DNA of 64,000 nucleotides from Lytechinus pictus (Eukaryota): NCBI RefSeq assembly GCF_037042905.1, contig NC_087252.1, positions 9,054,001 to 9,118,000 of the forward strand, read 5' to 3'. Shown piece by piece: positions 40,397 to 53,530 of this stretch (position 1 is its first letter; each line of letters starts with the position of its first letter). The notes under the pieces were generated by a model. It saw only the letters and a program-made list of their open reading frames with translations, ran no database searches and was not told where the DNA came from. The position numbers and the translations under genes were made by a program.

Positions 40397-41503
40397 TACA
40401 GTGCACTCGGGTTGACCCCTCTCCATTTTCCATAACAGCGTGACCATATGGTTATGTTCTCTTTAAGCAATAAGAGATGTCTTTCCTGTGGAAATTTTCC
40501 GACTTTCTCTTCAACAATCAATATCATTTCAAAGGGAACAATTATGTTCTATGCCCTTTTGCTTGCTACGTAAAAAAAGAAGTTGTAATCATCGTCAGAA
40601 TAGCAAGATTTAATAAACAATTCAAATTTCCAAACCGCTCGCTTGCGGAATAGGCCCATCAATTACTGCTTCCAAATCAGGCATTCCATTTTGTAAATAA
40701 TATGGGACAGTATTGGCTTCAGTTGTTGACCAACGAAAGATGTAACCAATGAGATTAAAGGAAATTAGGAAATGTAAACACTGCTTCATTAAGTGTTTAT
40801 GAAGTTGTTAGAAAGCGTGTGAGGGTGGGGTGGGTGTATGGATGAATGTGAGTGTGCGAGAGAGGTTTGTGTGTGAGTGTGTGTTCTGTTCGATTCTTCA
40901 CCATCAACTTGACGCAACTGAGATGTTACGACCTTGTGGAGAAAATGTATCATATAGTCAGCTACGCATGCAAAGATCCTTGTGAAAATGGTACAAAAAT
41001 ATGAGAATAACTTTACCAGGACATATTAAACCAATGATTCAATATTAATAATTCAGACAAGACAACTTCATATTGATGGTACATTTTCTTCTGACTCACG
41101 GTATGCAATGGCGAAAACGAATTTATATAGAATGGAGTGAACTGCATGAGACGTGTACTCACCCACGTCACACGCAGTTCACCTAAAACTTGGAGTTTTC
41201 GCAATTGGATTTTTAGGGACGGTTTCATGCAAGAACACTGTAAATGTATTGAAAAGGCAAGACAATGAAAAGCTGGGATGTCTTTGTCAATATTGCAGAA
41301 CCAGACCCAGTTTCCTCATCATAGTTTCGGACACAAAAATACAAATACGTCTTGTCCAGAGTCGAGAACGAATCTGCTGTAATTTGTTTCACAAATGTTG
41401 GTCCGGCTTGATATGGAATGAGAAGTTCAAGTGATTATCATTTGATATTGCATTTATAATAATCTTCATTGTTTTCATTCTTGTGTAGATTGCAACGAAA
41501 GAC

Positions 41504-42520
41504 ATGGCTGTTTCCCAGAATGAAGATAACACGAAAAAGGGTCTTCAAACCTTGGAAGAAAGCCTCTCTGAGATGCCCTTGAACATGCGGCTTTTCTCAC
41601 TCTCGATGCGTTCTTTGTATGCTGACAAAGCAGTTGGAGGGGGCAGCCAAGCTGCTGTAGACTTCCGAAAGCTCCGTGACAACACACGTGACGACGCGAT
41701 GGTTTATTTAAAAGGAGTGCTTCCGGTGGCCACCAAGTTCGTTTCCAACATCAGTGAGTTCTTCGAGTTTTACACTGCTCTTTCGTACGAAGAATGGTGC
41801 GAGATGTTGAAAGATATCCAACAGGAAATAAGCAGCTATAAGGGACTTGCGGTGATCCTAGTGCAGATGCACCAAGATATACTGGTACCGCTAAAGAAAA
41901 GAGAAGACGACGCCACTGTGATTGTCAAGTCACTCCAAAACCTACAAGCGGAGTACGACAAGAAAAGAAAAGAGCTCGAAAGTTCCGCTGCAACAAAAAG
42001 CGGATGGGCAATTGGGCTGTCATTTGTTCCCTTTATAGGCGCTATAGCAGGCCCAGTGCTAGCTGCCTCCGCAAACAGTGACCTCGCAGAAGCAGTCGCC
42101 AAAGGAGAAGAGTGCTACATTCAGGAAAGAGCCGCCATTGCGATCAAGGAATGTCTCGTCCCTGCCCTCAAAAACTTCATCGGTGGTCTTGAGGCTGCAG
42201 CCGGTTTCTTTTCTGTCATGGAGAATGAGCTGGCGAAGTTTGAGGGCAAAGCCAACAAAGCCTTAGAAAATAAACTGATGGTTCATTACAAAGTGATGAA
42301 GAAAGAAGCCGAAAAGATGGATGGGCTGTGCATGAAATTCCACGCTGTTCTACCGGCCGTCCGTACTGATTTTCTCGCCATCCCTACGACTGGAACCGAC
42401 AAGTCCTACGTTGATAAGTGGCTTGAAGAGCAGAAGAAGGTCATCAAAAGAAAGCTAAAAGATAAGGCTGGGGGTATCTTAAAGGCCATCAAAGATTCTG
42501 ACCCTGCTTCTGAAAATTAA
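41504..42520 (+). CDS. Uncharacterised 338-aa helical/coiled-coil protein with central hydrophobic hairpin (paralogue 2)
   Basis: Intact ORF colinear with 31341-32357. Acceptor ttttcattcttgtgtAG ends 15 nt before the ATG. Hairpin WAIGLSFVPFIGAIAGPVLAASA. Confidence 0.9.
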   Translation: MAVSQNEDNTKKGLQTLEESLSEMPLNMRLFSLSMRSLYADKAVGGGSQAAVDFRKLRDNTRDDAMVYLKGVLPVATKFVSNISEFFEFYTALSYEEWCEMLKDIQQEISSYKGLAVILVQMHQDILVPLKKREDDATVIVKSLQNLQAEYDKKRKELESSAATKSGWAIGLSFVPFIGAIAGPVLAASANSDLAEAVAKGEECYIQERAAIAIKECLVPALKNFIGGLEAAAGFFSVMENELAKFEGKANKALENKLMVHYKVMKKEAEKMDGLCMKFHAVLPAVRTDFLAIPTTGTDKSYVDKWLEEQKKVIKRKLKDKAGGILKAIKDSDPASEN

Positions 42521-43114
42521 CTTTAACGAAGCAGAACGGAATATCGCGGGCTGAAAATCCTCTTTTGTATAAAGCACTGGCGTACATTATTGGGCTCGCG
42601 GGCATGCCCCCCCCAAAAAAAAAAAAAGTTTCACAACCGAGGAAACAAAACAGAAACGGAAAGAAATTGAAAATTAAAGAGGATGGAATTTTATGGTATT
42701 TTCTATGTCGTGAAAATCTTTACCGAAATTAGATTTTGGTAGTAAAAGGTCAAATTGTAGCTGTCTTGCAACGTTATAGAAATATTTCACCATATGGCAC
42801 ATCTGACTCCTAAAATTTTTGGATCCATTGCGATCTGGTATAGACGACCATTCCCACTCCCTTTAAATCCATTGAGGAATGAAATATTGCATGTTTTAAT
42901 CAGCACATGCCCAGCGATGGATTGGGGGTACTTGATCCCCAAAGTTCCAAGATGAAAAAGAAAATGAGACAAAAAACCACAATAAATAACTTCAAAATGA
43001 CACCTTTCTCCCCCCCCCCCTTACATACGGCCTTATTTTCGATATCGATCCACCTTAGTTGCGAGCAAGATAAAAAAGAATATCTGTTTTCACCACATCC
43101 ATATTGCACCTTCC

Positions 43115-43330
43115 CAGTGGCGTACCTAGGATTTTCCACAGGGGGGGGGGCAAATCGGCCGCAAAAAAAAGGTCTTCAATCAAAAATAAAGGTTTTCGTA
43201 CCAGAAAAAAAATTGACAAGCAAAAAAAAAAAAGGTCTTCAAGCTCGTCAGGGAGGGGGGATATGTTTTTTGTATGGGTTGTGGCTCGTCAGGGGGGCAG
43301 ACTGCCCCCCCCCCCGTAGGTACGCTAGTG
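43115..43330. mobile_element. 216-bp hAT-type MITE
   Basis: Perfect 8-bp TSD CACCTTCC (43107-14, 43331-38); ends CAGTGGCGTACCTA ... TAGGTACGCTAGTG. Confidence 0.9.
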
Positions 43331-44193
43331 CACCTTCCTTTGGCTTAGCAAAAACATTTCGTTACAATTGCCAGCCACTGATCTGTTTATCAAACACACA
43401 CACATAACAAGCACCTCCTCTGAAATTGTGACTGTACAATGTTTTTTTTCTTATATGGGCATCATGATTTATGGCGAAAAAGTCCACGCTTTTTAAAGTC
43501 AAATTGCTATCATTTGAATTATTAACTTGATTGGTGTGCATTTGTATTTGTATATGTTTTCCATTTAGGGCATTATCTAAAATGTCTTTGGCACGAAGTT
43601 GCGGCTTATTATTGAAAATACTTAAAGATTATACGACAATACACCAGACGGTGGACTGTACTGTTTCCAGAAGAAGAAGAAGAAGAAGAAGATTGCAAGT
43701 TAAAGGATGTTCGGTATTATAACATTGTTGTCTAGAAATCGGAAGTTATTTTACATCTTTAGAATGAAGTTTAATATTTGCATCAATTTATTGTTATTTT
43801 AATTGGCCTATAATACGTATAATAATAGGCCTATGCGGTGCGAAAATAAAATCTTGTGTGTGCGGTTTTTTTTTTTTTTTTTTTTTTTTTTGGGGGGGGG
43901 GTAGGTAGTTTTTGTATGCCTTGGTATTTTCTGGTCTTCAGATGGCGTTGACTTCTGTGGTGGCATTTGACTAGTTTGCAGCACAGACCCTGATTGGAAC
44001 TTTCAGTACACAAGGCATGAGTAGGCTGCACATTCAGACCCTTAACTCGAGTGAAGGGTTTGCCCAGCAGACTAGCATTTGATGTCGATCGTTCAGAGAA
44101 CGCACTCTAATATGAAGTGTAGATGTGTAAACCCCGAACCACGGTATTAACAAAAGTGGAAAGTCTAGGCCTACGCTATATAATCAAGTCGAT

Positions 44194-44609
44194 CGGTAAA
44201 TTGCTAAATCGTCTATTGCCAACTCGTACACTCACCACATGTTCTATACTTCCATTTATTCTAATGCCATTCCGTCCATCAACGTTTCGTCTAACAACCA
44301 TTCGGTCTAATCATCACTTCGTCTAATCACCATTCCGTCTATGACCTTTTCGATCCATAACCAGTTAATTGGTCTAATATCCATTTTATTTTCATTAATT
44401 TTGTTTAATGAACACTTAGTACAATTAGACCAAATGTTATATGGACTAAATGGCTATAGGACCAACAGGTTATTAGACGGAATGGTGAGTGGACGAATTG
44501 GCAATTAGAGTAGACTATGTGGATAGTGGACGAACCGATGGAAGGCCAAATGATAGCAGACAAGTTGGCGATTGGACGAATTGGCATTAGACGAATTGAA
44601 AATTAACCG
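44194..44609. mobile_element. MITE with reiterated subterminal TCGTCTA / TAGACGA motifs
   Basis: CGGTAAATT ... AATTAACCG ends; motif orientation flips at the middle of the element. Confidence 0.6.
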
Positions 44610-44993
44610 TTGAGTCAGACACGATGAACGTCATAAAAGTTCGACCAAGTTGGACGTTCAACAAGTTAACAATGCTCCCAACAAGTTCTTCAGATCAGAT
44701 TCAAAATTCAAATAGAAGTTAAGAGACAGAGATGAAAGAAATTTTGGACTGGAATATTTTGTTATCATTTGGTTGCATGAATAATTCTGTATATTAAATC
44801 GATGAGGAAATTAAAAGTAGCTGCATTGATGGATTGTTTTGCAAGATATAATTTATTTGACCCTTGATGAATTCAATGATTGATAACTGTGTTCTATATT
44901 GTATCATTACTCATAATTATTTTAAGTTTCTGAACTGATTTGATCCGAAGAAAGGGTGAAATTGACGACTTGAATTAAATTCAGTTCCCTTAA

Positions 44994-45200
44994 AGGGGTA
45001 CTCCGCGCTAAAAATAATCATATATAGTCAAATTCACTGAGCAGAATGCTGCGAACTTCAGCAAAATCTGATAACAAATATCAGTTATTGAAATTTAAGG
45101 TCTAGAAATATTTTTGTAAAAAACTATGCACGTCGTCATGAATATTCATTAGGTGGGCTGACGATGTTATTTCCCCCACTTTCCTTTTTCTTATGTTAAT
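44994..45200 (+). mobile_element. Truncated left arm of the 37871 MITE family
   Basis: TTAA+AGGGG start; aattcactgagcag...gtcgtcatgaatattcattaggtgggctga matches 37918-38045. Confidence 0.7.
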
Positions 45201-45970
45201 TTAATTCATGAAATCATGTTTAAGAAATTGCCCATCGGACCAACGCACTACCACGCCCTCCCCTTGACTGTTACAGTCGTGAAATTGTGTTGGGTGTGTT
45301 TTTTGACGTAAATTTTCACGTTTAATTGCAATTTTTATCGATTAGACCCCCCTAAACAAATTAAAATTTGCAGCCATTTGGCTCATATAGACCTGCAAAA
45401 CTTATGGCATGTCAAAGCTATGGCGTAATGAGCCAAAAATTAGGGGGCCAGACAAGGCGTATCAAGGCGAAATTGTTGAAGTGCTGCGAGTGAGTAAAGC
45501 AAGCAAAATATTTAACATTTTTAATAAAAGAGATGAAATTCTGTGATAAAATTTGACATAATATTCAGGAAATAATATTCACCCTTATCTTTTATGTTTC
45601 ACCCCCCCCCCCCTATTCCCCCATGGTCTTGTTTCTTCTTTTTTTTTTTGGGGGGGTCCATAGTCCCCTCCCCCATCAGTTCACGAGTGTGCCAAAGGTC
45701 TCAAAATAGTTTGCGGTCAAACCGTTCATCAGATGGATAATGTGCATTGTATTGTGCATGACCGAGGCTCTTTATGAAAAACATGATAAGAGTTTTACCA
45801 TTGTCATCCAAGGATACCACCTCGGGTTGGGGTAGGGGGCAGTGGACGACCGCCCCTATGAAATTTAAAGAAGAGTGATTTACAAAAGAGAGGGAGGGAG
45901 GATAAGAGGCAAAGAATGGAAGAATGAAGAAGTGTAGGCCTATACACGAGAACTCTTTCTTTTGTATCTG

Positions 45971-47165
45971 AAGAGCTCACTTGCAAAAGGGGTTAGGTCC
46001 ATTTTTCATCAAATTTGATTTTTTTTTTTTTTTTTTTTGATACCAAAGAAAAGTTCAAATTCCTATTAAAAAGTAAACTAAAATGGGAAAGAAAAATCAC
46101 TTTTTTTTAAAGGGGTTAGGTCCATTTCAGTTTAGTTGCAAAATGGGTTAGGTCCACACAGAATTTTTGGGGAAAAGAATATCTTTAAAAATATGAAGAC
46201 AGGTAGATTTCTCTTATACCCAATTTTATGTTATCATGGTATGGTATCATGAAAATTCAGTTTTGCGTGTATTGCAATATGGGAGAATTTATAAAAATAT
46301 TTTCTTGGAGTGGACCTAACCCATTTTGCAACCAAACTTTTTTGAAGGACTCCTTTGTCAAAAGGGTTAGGACAATTTTTCATAAATTTTATTATATCCT
46401 GTCTCTAAACTTCTAAATATTTAGTCACACTAATGATACCAAAGAATATTTGAAATTCAAATGAAAAAGTGAATGAAAGTGGCAAAGAAAAATCACTTTT
46501 TTAATCAAAAGATATTGGATTAATTTTAGTTTAGTTGCAAAACGGGTTAGGTCCACACAGAATTTTTGGGGAAAAGAATATCTTTAAAAAAATATGAAGA
46601 CAGGTAGACTTCTCTTATACCCAATTTTATGTTCTCATGGTAGGGTATCATGAAAATTCAGTTTCACGTAAGAATATTGCAATATGGGAGAATTTATAAA
46701 AATATTTTCTTGGAGTGGACCTAACCCCTTTTGCAACCATACTGTTCTGAAGGACTCATTTGTCAAAAGGGGTTATGTCAATTTTTCATAAATATAATTG
46801 TTTTCTGTCTCTAAACCTCTAAATTTTCATTCACACTGATGATACCAAAGACAATTTGAAATTCAAATGAAAAAGTGAATGAAAGTGGCAAAGAAAAATC
46901 ACTTTTTTAATCAAAAGAGATTGGATTCATTTTAGTTTACTTGCAAAAGGGGTTAGGTCCACAATGATAACTTTTTAAAAATATATAGAAAAAAAATTGA
47001 AGACGGGTAGATTTCTTTTATACCCAATTCTATGTTCACATGATAGGGTAGTACATCATGACAATTTAGTCTCTCATAAGAATATTGCAATAAGTGAGAA
47101 TAAAAAACATGATTTTTCTTGGAATGATCCAAAGTGGACCTAACCCCTTTTGCAACTATACTCTT
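45971..47165. repeat. TIR-bounded element containing ~3 tandem ~400-bp units with the motif TTGCAAAAGGGGTTAGGTCCA in both orientations
   Basis: ggtccacacagaatttttgggg at ~46151 and ~46550, third unit at ~46956. Ends aagag..ttgcaaaaggggttaggtcca / tggacctaaccccttttgcaa..ctctt. Confidence 0.8.
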
Positions 47166-47305
47166 ATTCTTTGTTATAACACTAATTTACAGAGAGTAAA
47201 AGAAAAAAAAAGTATGAAAGGAAGGTTCTCGCCCGGTTATCTCAATAACCCAACAAAAACATGTTACCTTTAAATCGCCCCCCTCCCACTCTTTCAAAAT
47301 ATCCT

Positions 47306-47515
47306 TGGGTGTTTAACAAAGATAAGTGTGGCTTTTGAGTCGCTCTTAAATTCTAAGCTGCGTACTATTAAAAAGGCATCACTGCATAGGTCAAATCATG
47401 CCAAGAGGATGCGCGCTACTGCGCATTAATCAATCAGATTGTGTGTTACATATCATGTGCACAACAGCATTTCAGCATGACTTAAGTCACACTTAAGTCT
47501 TTGTGAAACACCCCC
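47306..47515. mobile_element. Short diverged MITE
   Basis: GGGTGTTTAACAAAGA ... TCTTTGTGAAACACCC imperfect TIRs. Confidence 0.6.
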
Positions 47516-47536
47516 TTGTCTGCTCTTTCATCACCA

Positions 47537-47773
47537 CACAGCAAAAACTGTGGTGTTAACCGGTGTACATAGAGGACCACACCAGTTATTTTACACCGGT
47601 GTTAAATTGGTGGTGTTAGTTTTACACCTATAGGTGCTATTACAACACCTTTGGTTGTTACATTTACACTCTGGTGTTATGTTCAATCTTTAGGGTGTAA
47701 TTTTAACACCTCAGGGTGTGGTCCTCTATTAACACCAATAGGTGTCAGTTTTAACACCACAGTTTTTACAGTG
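47537..47773. mobile_element. 237-bp MITE with CAC...GTG ends and 2-bp flanking duplication (EnSpm/CACTA-like)
   Basis: CA + CACAGCAAAAACTGTGGTGTTAA ... TTAACACCACAGTTTTTACAGTG + CA; internal ACACC/GGTGT reiterations. Confidence 0.8.
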
Positions 47774-50402
47774 CATAATCACCATCACACACTCCACCAT
47801 CGGGAATCACTATCACAAGCATGATCACCCCCAGTGGACTACTTTGCCAACTATCTATTCAAATATGTCACGAAAGAAATTGGAAAAGAGAATACCGTTG
47901 GTCGTAGTAGCTTAAATTAAAAATTTCCCCAGAGCTATCCTCCCTTTTGAACATGTGAGGCAAAAAAGTCTCCAAGGGGAATCAAACCGGGGGGGGGGGC
48001 AGATTATAGAACAGTGGTGCTTAAGCGCTAGGCCACAAAGACAGGATGGTGGCTAGGTCATAGACCGTCAGATTAACAAATAATATCTTTTTGTTAAATA
48101 AGGATGCTAACATTTGACAAAAAATAAGGGCAATTAAGCAAACTTCTGGTATAAAAAGTTTTTATTTACATGTATATACATTAGTCACTCTTCTTCCTCT
48201 TCTTTTTTCCCCTTTCTTCTTCTTCTTACTCCTCCTTTCTTCTTCTTTTTCTTCTTCCTCTTCCTCCTTCTCCTTTTCTTCTTTGGTAGATAAGGTGTTT
48301 TTTTTAAAGGAGTAGATCTAACTAGTGACAATAGTAAACTCTCTCCTGAAAGAGCACTTTATTCCTACCCCCCCCCTCAAAAAATGACATATATAATACA
48401 TAAACAAATTTAAAAAATGACCAGCGAATCATGGACTTTAGTATGACCGATTTTTTTTCTTCAAATGAGTGAAAAAAACAAACAGTGAATTTGCAGAGTA
48501 TAACATGACCATTAAGATTGCAATCATGCAAGCTCTCTGTATTAGGACTTTCCAATGATGTTTTGAAATAAGAATTACTCCATTATGGTATGACAACTCT
48601 GCAATCTGTTATGTTTCTTTATTCTCAATAATATGTGTCATGCCATGTGACAGAGAATATAACGTAGAACAATCATGGTTTTGATGAAAAAAACATTTTT
48701 TTTTTACTACATGTATGAAGACAGTAAACATAAACGATGGACATGGCCAGAAAAATCACTACACAGCTGAATGGAATACCCAGAACTAAATACGACAACG
48801 ATTATGACAATATGAAAGTGGGCCCCATGTCTGCACACCCCAAATAGAGCTTGAGATTTAATAATCAAACATGATTTTTTTTTTTTTTTCACAACGGTTT
48901 GCATTAATATTTTTCCATATGTTCTTAAGAGTATGTGTGCCAAATATATCATCAGAATTTGTGTCAGATACATGAATTTCTTATTCAAAACCAGGGCCTG
49001 CCATTAATTTTAGGTTGGAAAAAAAATCATTTCCCATGTCTATGCACGCATTCATTTCACACAAAATTCAAGGATTTTGATGAGGAAGGCTTACATGAAA
49101 ATACCAACATTTATCATTTGGACTCAGATGTTTTCATGAATACCTGTCTATGTGATACAGATGTATATTTTGTGGTTGTGTGTTTTTTATTAGAATCGTG
49201 CATATAAAAATTATACATGTACATGGGCAGACAAGGGGCACTGCAGACAATTAGGGTACCATGCCACACAATACATATCATTGCTAAATGGGAACATAAT
49301 GAAACAAAAACACACGAGATAATAACTGCGTTCTGTAATGTTTAAAAACATGACTAGCATTACCCAGTCCCATTCAAACATACATGTAGTACAATGTAGA
49401 TAAACAAGTACATCCTATATGATGACTGAAATACAAGATAGGAAAAAGTTGTTCAGCATAAATATACCCAGTCCTATCTCCTTCTTATAGTGTATTCCAA
49501 ACCCTGGTTAACTGAAACTGTGGCTCATATCTGTGTTACTACCATTGGTAACCCACAGTCCATCAATATTTAAGAGTGGAACATTCAAGAACATTTAGCA
49601 TGGTAGAAACCGTCTTGTAGTGTGCTTTTCTTACTTTGCAAACGAGCACAGTAAAAAGACCAAAAGGGGCCGTTTCATAAAGCTGTTGGCAAGTTACAAC
49701 TTTACGCCAAATTTTACACGTGATTGGTGACCCTTTCTTGTGCTAAATGAAATACAGTTTTACTCTACTTAATACGTTGAGAGTTAATTTTTAATCTAAA
49801 TAATCTCATTTTTATTGATGGGAATCAAACAGCACAATTAACAACAGTTAGTTTTTTTCTTTTTTTTCAGGGAGGGGGCTGTCCCATTTTGGGCACATAC
49901 TCTGATCGCAGCTTAAATTGAACCCAAATTCAGAATACACATAAGTGTTTTTAAAAAAAAGTGGGTCAACAACAGTCAATGGCATCCCATCCATTGAATA
50001 TATTACTTGGGTTTTACAAATGATAACTTGGGCTTGTTCAAAGAAATAATCTTGAGAATAGTACTGGTATTTTTCCAAAGCCAAATCCACTGAACTTACA
50101 GACATCTGTTCAAGATAGGAGAAAAGTAAATTAAAGGATGTATATAACGCATGATTATATGGTCCAAAAATCTATTTGACCTAGATGCTTATTTACCTAC
50201 AGATACTAGTAAAAAGGCTATACAAGAGTTGTCATTTATTTAAAAATAATCAACCACATGTTAAAATATAACTTGTCCAACACATCGTTCCTATAGTAGC
50301 ATATTAAGTACCCAAAAAAAATTGGAGAATGATAACGAAAGAGCAGCTCGGAATGCTGAAACATCAGATTATTTCCTAGATATCACATCTGTTTGGAAGC
50401 CC

Positions 50403-50577
50403 TGGTGGTTGTTTCACAAAGCTGTTTGTAAATAAAGAGTGACTTTAAGAACAACTTGTGATCCTTTCTTACGCGCTAAACCATTGCCCATGAATATACC
50501 ATTTACCACAAGAAATGATCACCAGTCATTCTTAAAGTCGCTCTCAACTTACGAACAGCTTTATGAAACATCCACCT
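50403..50577. mobile_element. Short MITE
   Basis: GGTGGTTGTTTCACAAAGCTGTT ... AACAGCTTTATGAAACATCCACC; a partial relative lies at ~49666. Confidence 0.7.
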
Positions 50578-50831
50578 GAAACTACCAAGTATATTGGTGG
50601 CAGTTGGTGATTAATACTCATATTGTATGTAGTATTTGCCTTCCTTATTTTCAGGCCTAAAAATCAAAAAAAATTGTTGCATTCAGAGTGGCTGTATTCT
50701 TGATAATGCAAACAACATTTCTCATAATTACTTGAGGGCAATAGTCCTTAGAGTATATCAAAACTGCATCATAGCCAAGCATTTATGTTTCTCCTGTTTA
50801 TTTGTGTTTTTTCTTCAGTCAAAGTAGTCCT

Positions 50832-51103
50832 GGGGCCCGTTGTACAAAGAGTTACGATTGATCCGATCAATTGTAACTCTTTGGAAATCTATCAGTGTCA
50901 TAATTTTTTCTACAGGAAATTTGCAAAATGTCCTTTGTAATCAAAGGAGAACACCCCAAATTGTCAAGAAATCAATGAATTTATTGATATGGACTCATAT
51001 CTAGAATTTTTTTTGAACAAACATGCGTTTCATATGTTGACTTTGCTGGCATTCCATAGTTACGATTTATTGGATCAATCGTTAATCTTTGTACAACGGG
51101 GCC
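50832..51103. mobile_element. Short MITE (Harbinger-like GGGGCCC ends)
   Basis: GGCCCGTTGTACAAAGAGTTACGATTGATCC ... GGATCAATCGTTAATCTTTGTACAACGGGGCC. Confidence 0.75.
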
Positions 51104-51795
51104 TTGTTCTTTTCCAAGATTTCCCATACTCTCTATCCACATACATGTACCTGTAGCACAATTTTCCAACCAATCCAGACTTTCTGGGGTTTTCTTTTCA
51201 AACTGGACAAGCCTTTGAAGGCTTTATAACAGCTGCCTATGAGAACCGTTATGAATATTTGCATTGCTTTGTCTCTTACTACCTACATCCAACATCATAA
51301 TGCATCTTTATTTTTCAAGTCTGTGAAAGCATTTGAATGATTTGTTTCTATATATCGCCATGGCTGCTGGCCAGTTATGTCTAACCTAATAACAGAGTGG
51401 TCACTTTCTTATTCAACTCTGGCCAAGCCTTTACATACTTGCTCATCCAAAGCTGGGCATTCATGTCTAATTGTATGCAATGCCAGAGTAGCCATTGTCA
51501 AGCCTTCAGTTACTTGCTATAAAATCAAAAAAATCTGCAATAGTGGATATTGTAGTTTCTTCCATCACAATTTGTATCCAAAAGCAAAACTGCTGCCTTC
51601 CCCAGTCTATGAAATTGAAAGTATGAAAAAGCATAGGCTTCCAGACATCAGCACCATAAGAAAAGTCTCCCAAAATCTCTCCCCAGACAGGTGTTTCGTC
51701 CACAAACCCCTGAAGGATGTCATCAAGCAGGCAATGAAATGTTATGGCACCACTACACCCGATGAACTGTATGGTGGGTGTGAGACACACGAGTT

Positions 51796-51977
51796 TCAGA
51801 ATCCAGGGGGCGGGGCCACACCACCCCTTCCCAATCCCCTGCCAAGGCCTCGCCCCAAGCCACGCCCTAGACCGCGCCCAAGTGATTGTGGGGGAATCCC
51901 CCGACCGGCGGGCGTCGTCCCTAGTCCACCCATCTGATTGGTTAGCTGCTCAATGGAGGCTTGCTGGTTCATTGCAC
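51796..51977 (-). CDS. mael: maelstrom, last coding exon (GAMNQQ...GRGLGRGLGRG...PPPGF*)
   Basis: Acceptor ttttatccAG|GT; phase 1 matches the upstream exon; stop at 51796-98. Confidence 0.8.
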
Positions 51978-52765
51978 CTGGATAAAAGGAAGTAAGCAGA
52001 ATCATTCCTCAGAGAACAGCACTATCTGCATTCAGGAAGCCAAAGGCAAATTCCATGGATTCACAATACGGGGCGCCATCTATTGGCTGCAACGGACAGG
52101 CCAATTTCTAACTTCTGGGTCGGCATCGTGCACAGGTGCAGGCACCGCACAGTGCCAGTATACTGTAATGTGACTGTGATGCTTCAAAACTGAAAACCAT
52201 GTGGCAAAAGCGGAGGAAAAAACTATCTAAAAATTGTCTAAATTTCGCACAGAAATGTGCAGCAATTCCTCTCCCACCTCCGGAACCGTTAAACGACATA
52301 ATTATGCAAGCCGACCAAGCCGCGTTGGCCAACCGCAGCACAATGGTATGCATGCACTACTAGCGCACAACAGATTTTGACATTTTCCCATATTTCCTGT
52401 ATTGTGAATTTCAGCCTGTCTGTTGCAACCAATAGGAGACACACCGTATTGTGGATCCATCGAATTAGGCCATATACCAAGCAACTGATGAGAAGTTTCA
52501 TCAGTTTTTTATCCCCTCAATTGCCATGCTCATAGAAACAAAACCAAACTCCACATCAACCGATGGTATGTCATTGGTAATGACGTGATTGATAGCTTCG
52601 GTTGGACTGAAGTCAATCTTGCCTATGTGTCTATGACATAATACTTGAACATTTTAATAAATCAAATCTGCAAAGTCTAGGTACATCCACTTTCAAAGTA
52701 ACATGTCATACCTGCTCATCAGATCAAACATTCTCTTAAAAACATGAATACATGTGGAATGTTAA

Positions 52766-53530
52766 CCCTAATTCTCCCGGGGGGGGGCCATAATGGCCCC
52801 CCCCTCGACAATTTTCGCGATATATCCGCTGCGCAAATTTTTTTGACCTCGCCGCTCACTGACTTTTTACTTTTAAGTCTCGCGCAAATTTTGAGACCAA
52901 ATTTGTGACGACCGGATACGCGGTTACGACATTACGCAACATTATGTAAGTGCATGTCAGACCCAAAATTGCTCACAAACGTGATTTCATGTACAAATCC
53001 AATGCAAATTGTGTATTTAGCCAAAATTCATAAATGTATCATTATTTCTACTTTTACTGATTGAATTTAATTAATTTTGCCTTGCTTATGATCAGAATTA
53101 AGTCTGGAACGATTTCCATTGAAAAAACAATAAAAAAACAAAAAGTAAAAAAAACAAGGAAATACATAAGAAATTCATAAAACAATAAAATACATAAGAA
53201 ATTGATTTCCAAACGGAAGTTTTTTTTAATTGCGATTGTTAAGAATGCTACAAAGAATATTTTAACCAAAAATTAGCATTCTAGGAGCTTTATTTAGTGA
53301 ATTAGAGCAAAAAGTATGATTTATGCATAAATTAGCATAATTAATTCATATAAAATAAAATCTCATTATTTTGGAAAATTTTACCATACAGCCTTGTAGA
53401 TTACATCGCACACAACCAGCGTGCAAATTTTTGCGTCGCTCGAGCGATCAGCGGCCGAGATCTTAAGGGGGGGCCATAATGGCCCCCCCTCGGGAATGAC
53501 AAGAATCAAAATACCCCGGGAGATTGAGGG
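52766..53530. mobile_element. 765-bp piggyBac-type MITE, copy 1 (mael intron)
   Basis: TTAA + CCCTAATTCTCCCGGGG ... CCCCGGGAGATTGAGGG + TTAA. Confidence 0.92.

Noticed and set aside
51377..51937. 186-aa plus-strand ORF ending in PRPRP
   Set aside because: Antisense shadow of the mael last exon and 3' UTR; no independent coding signal.
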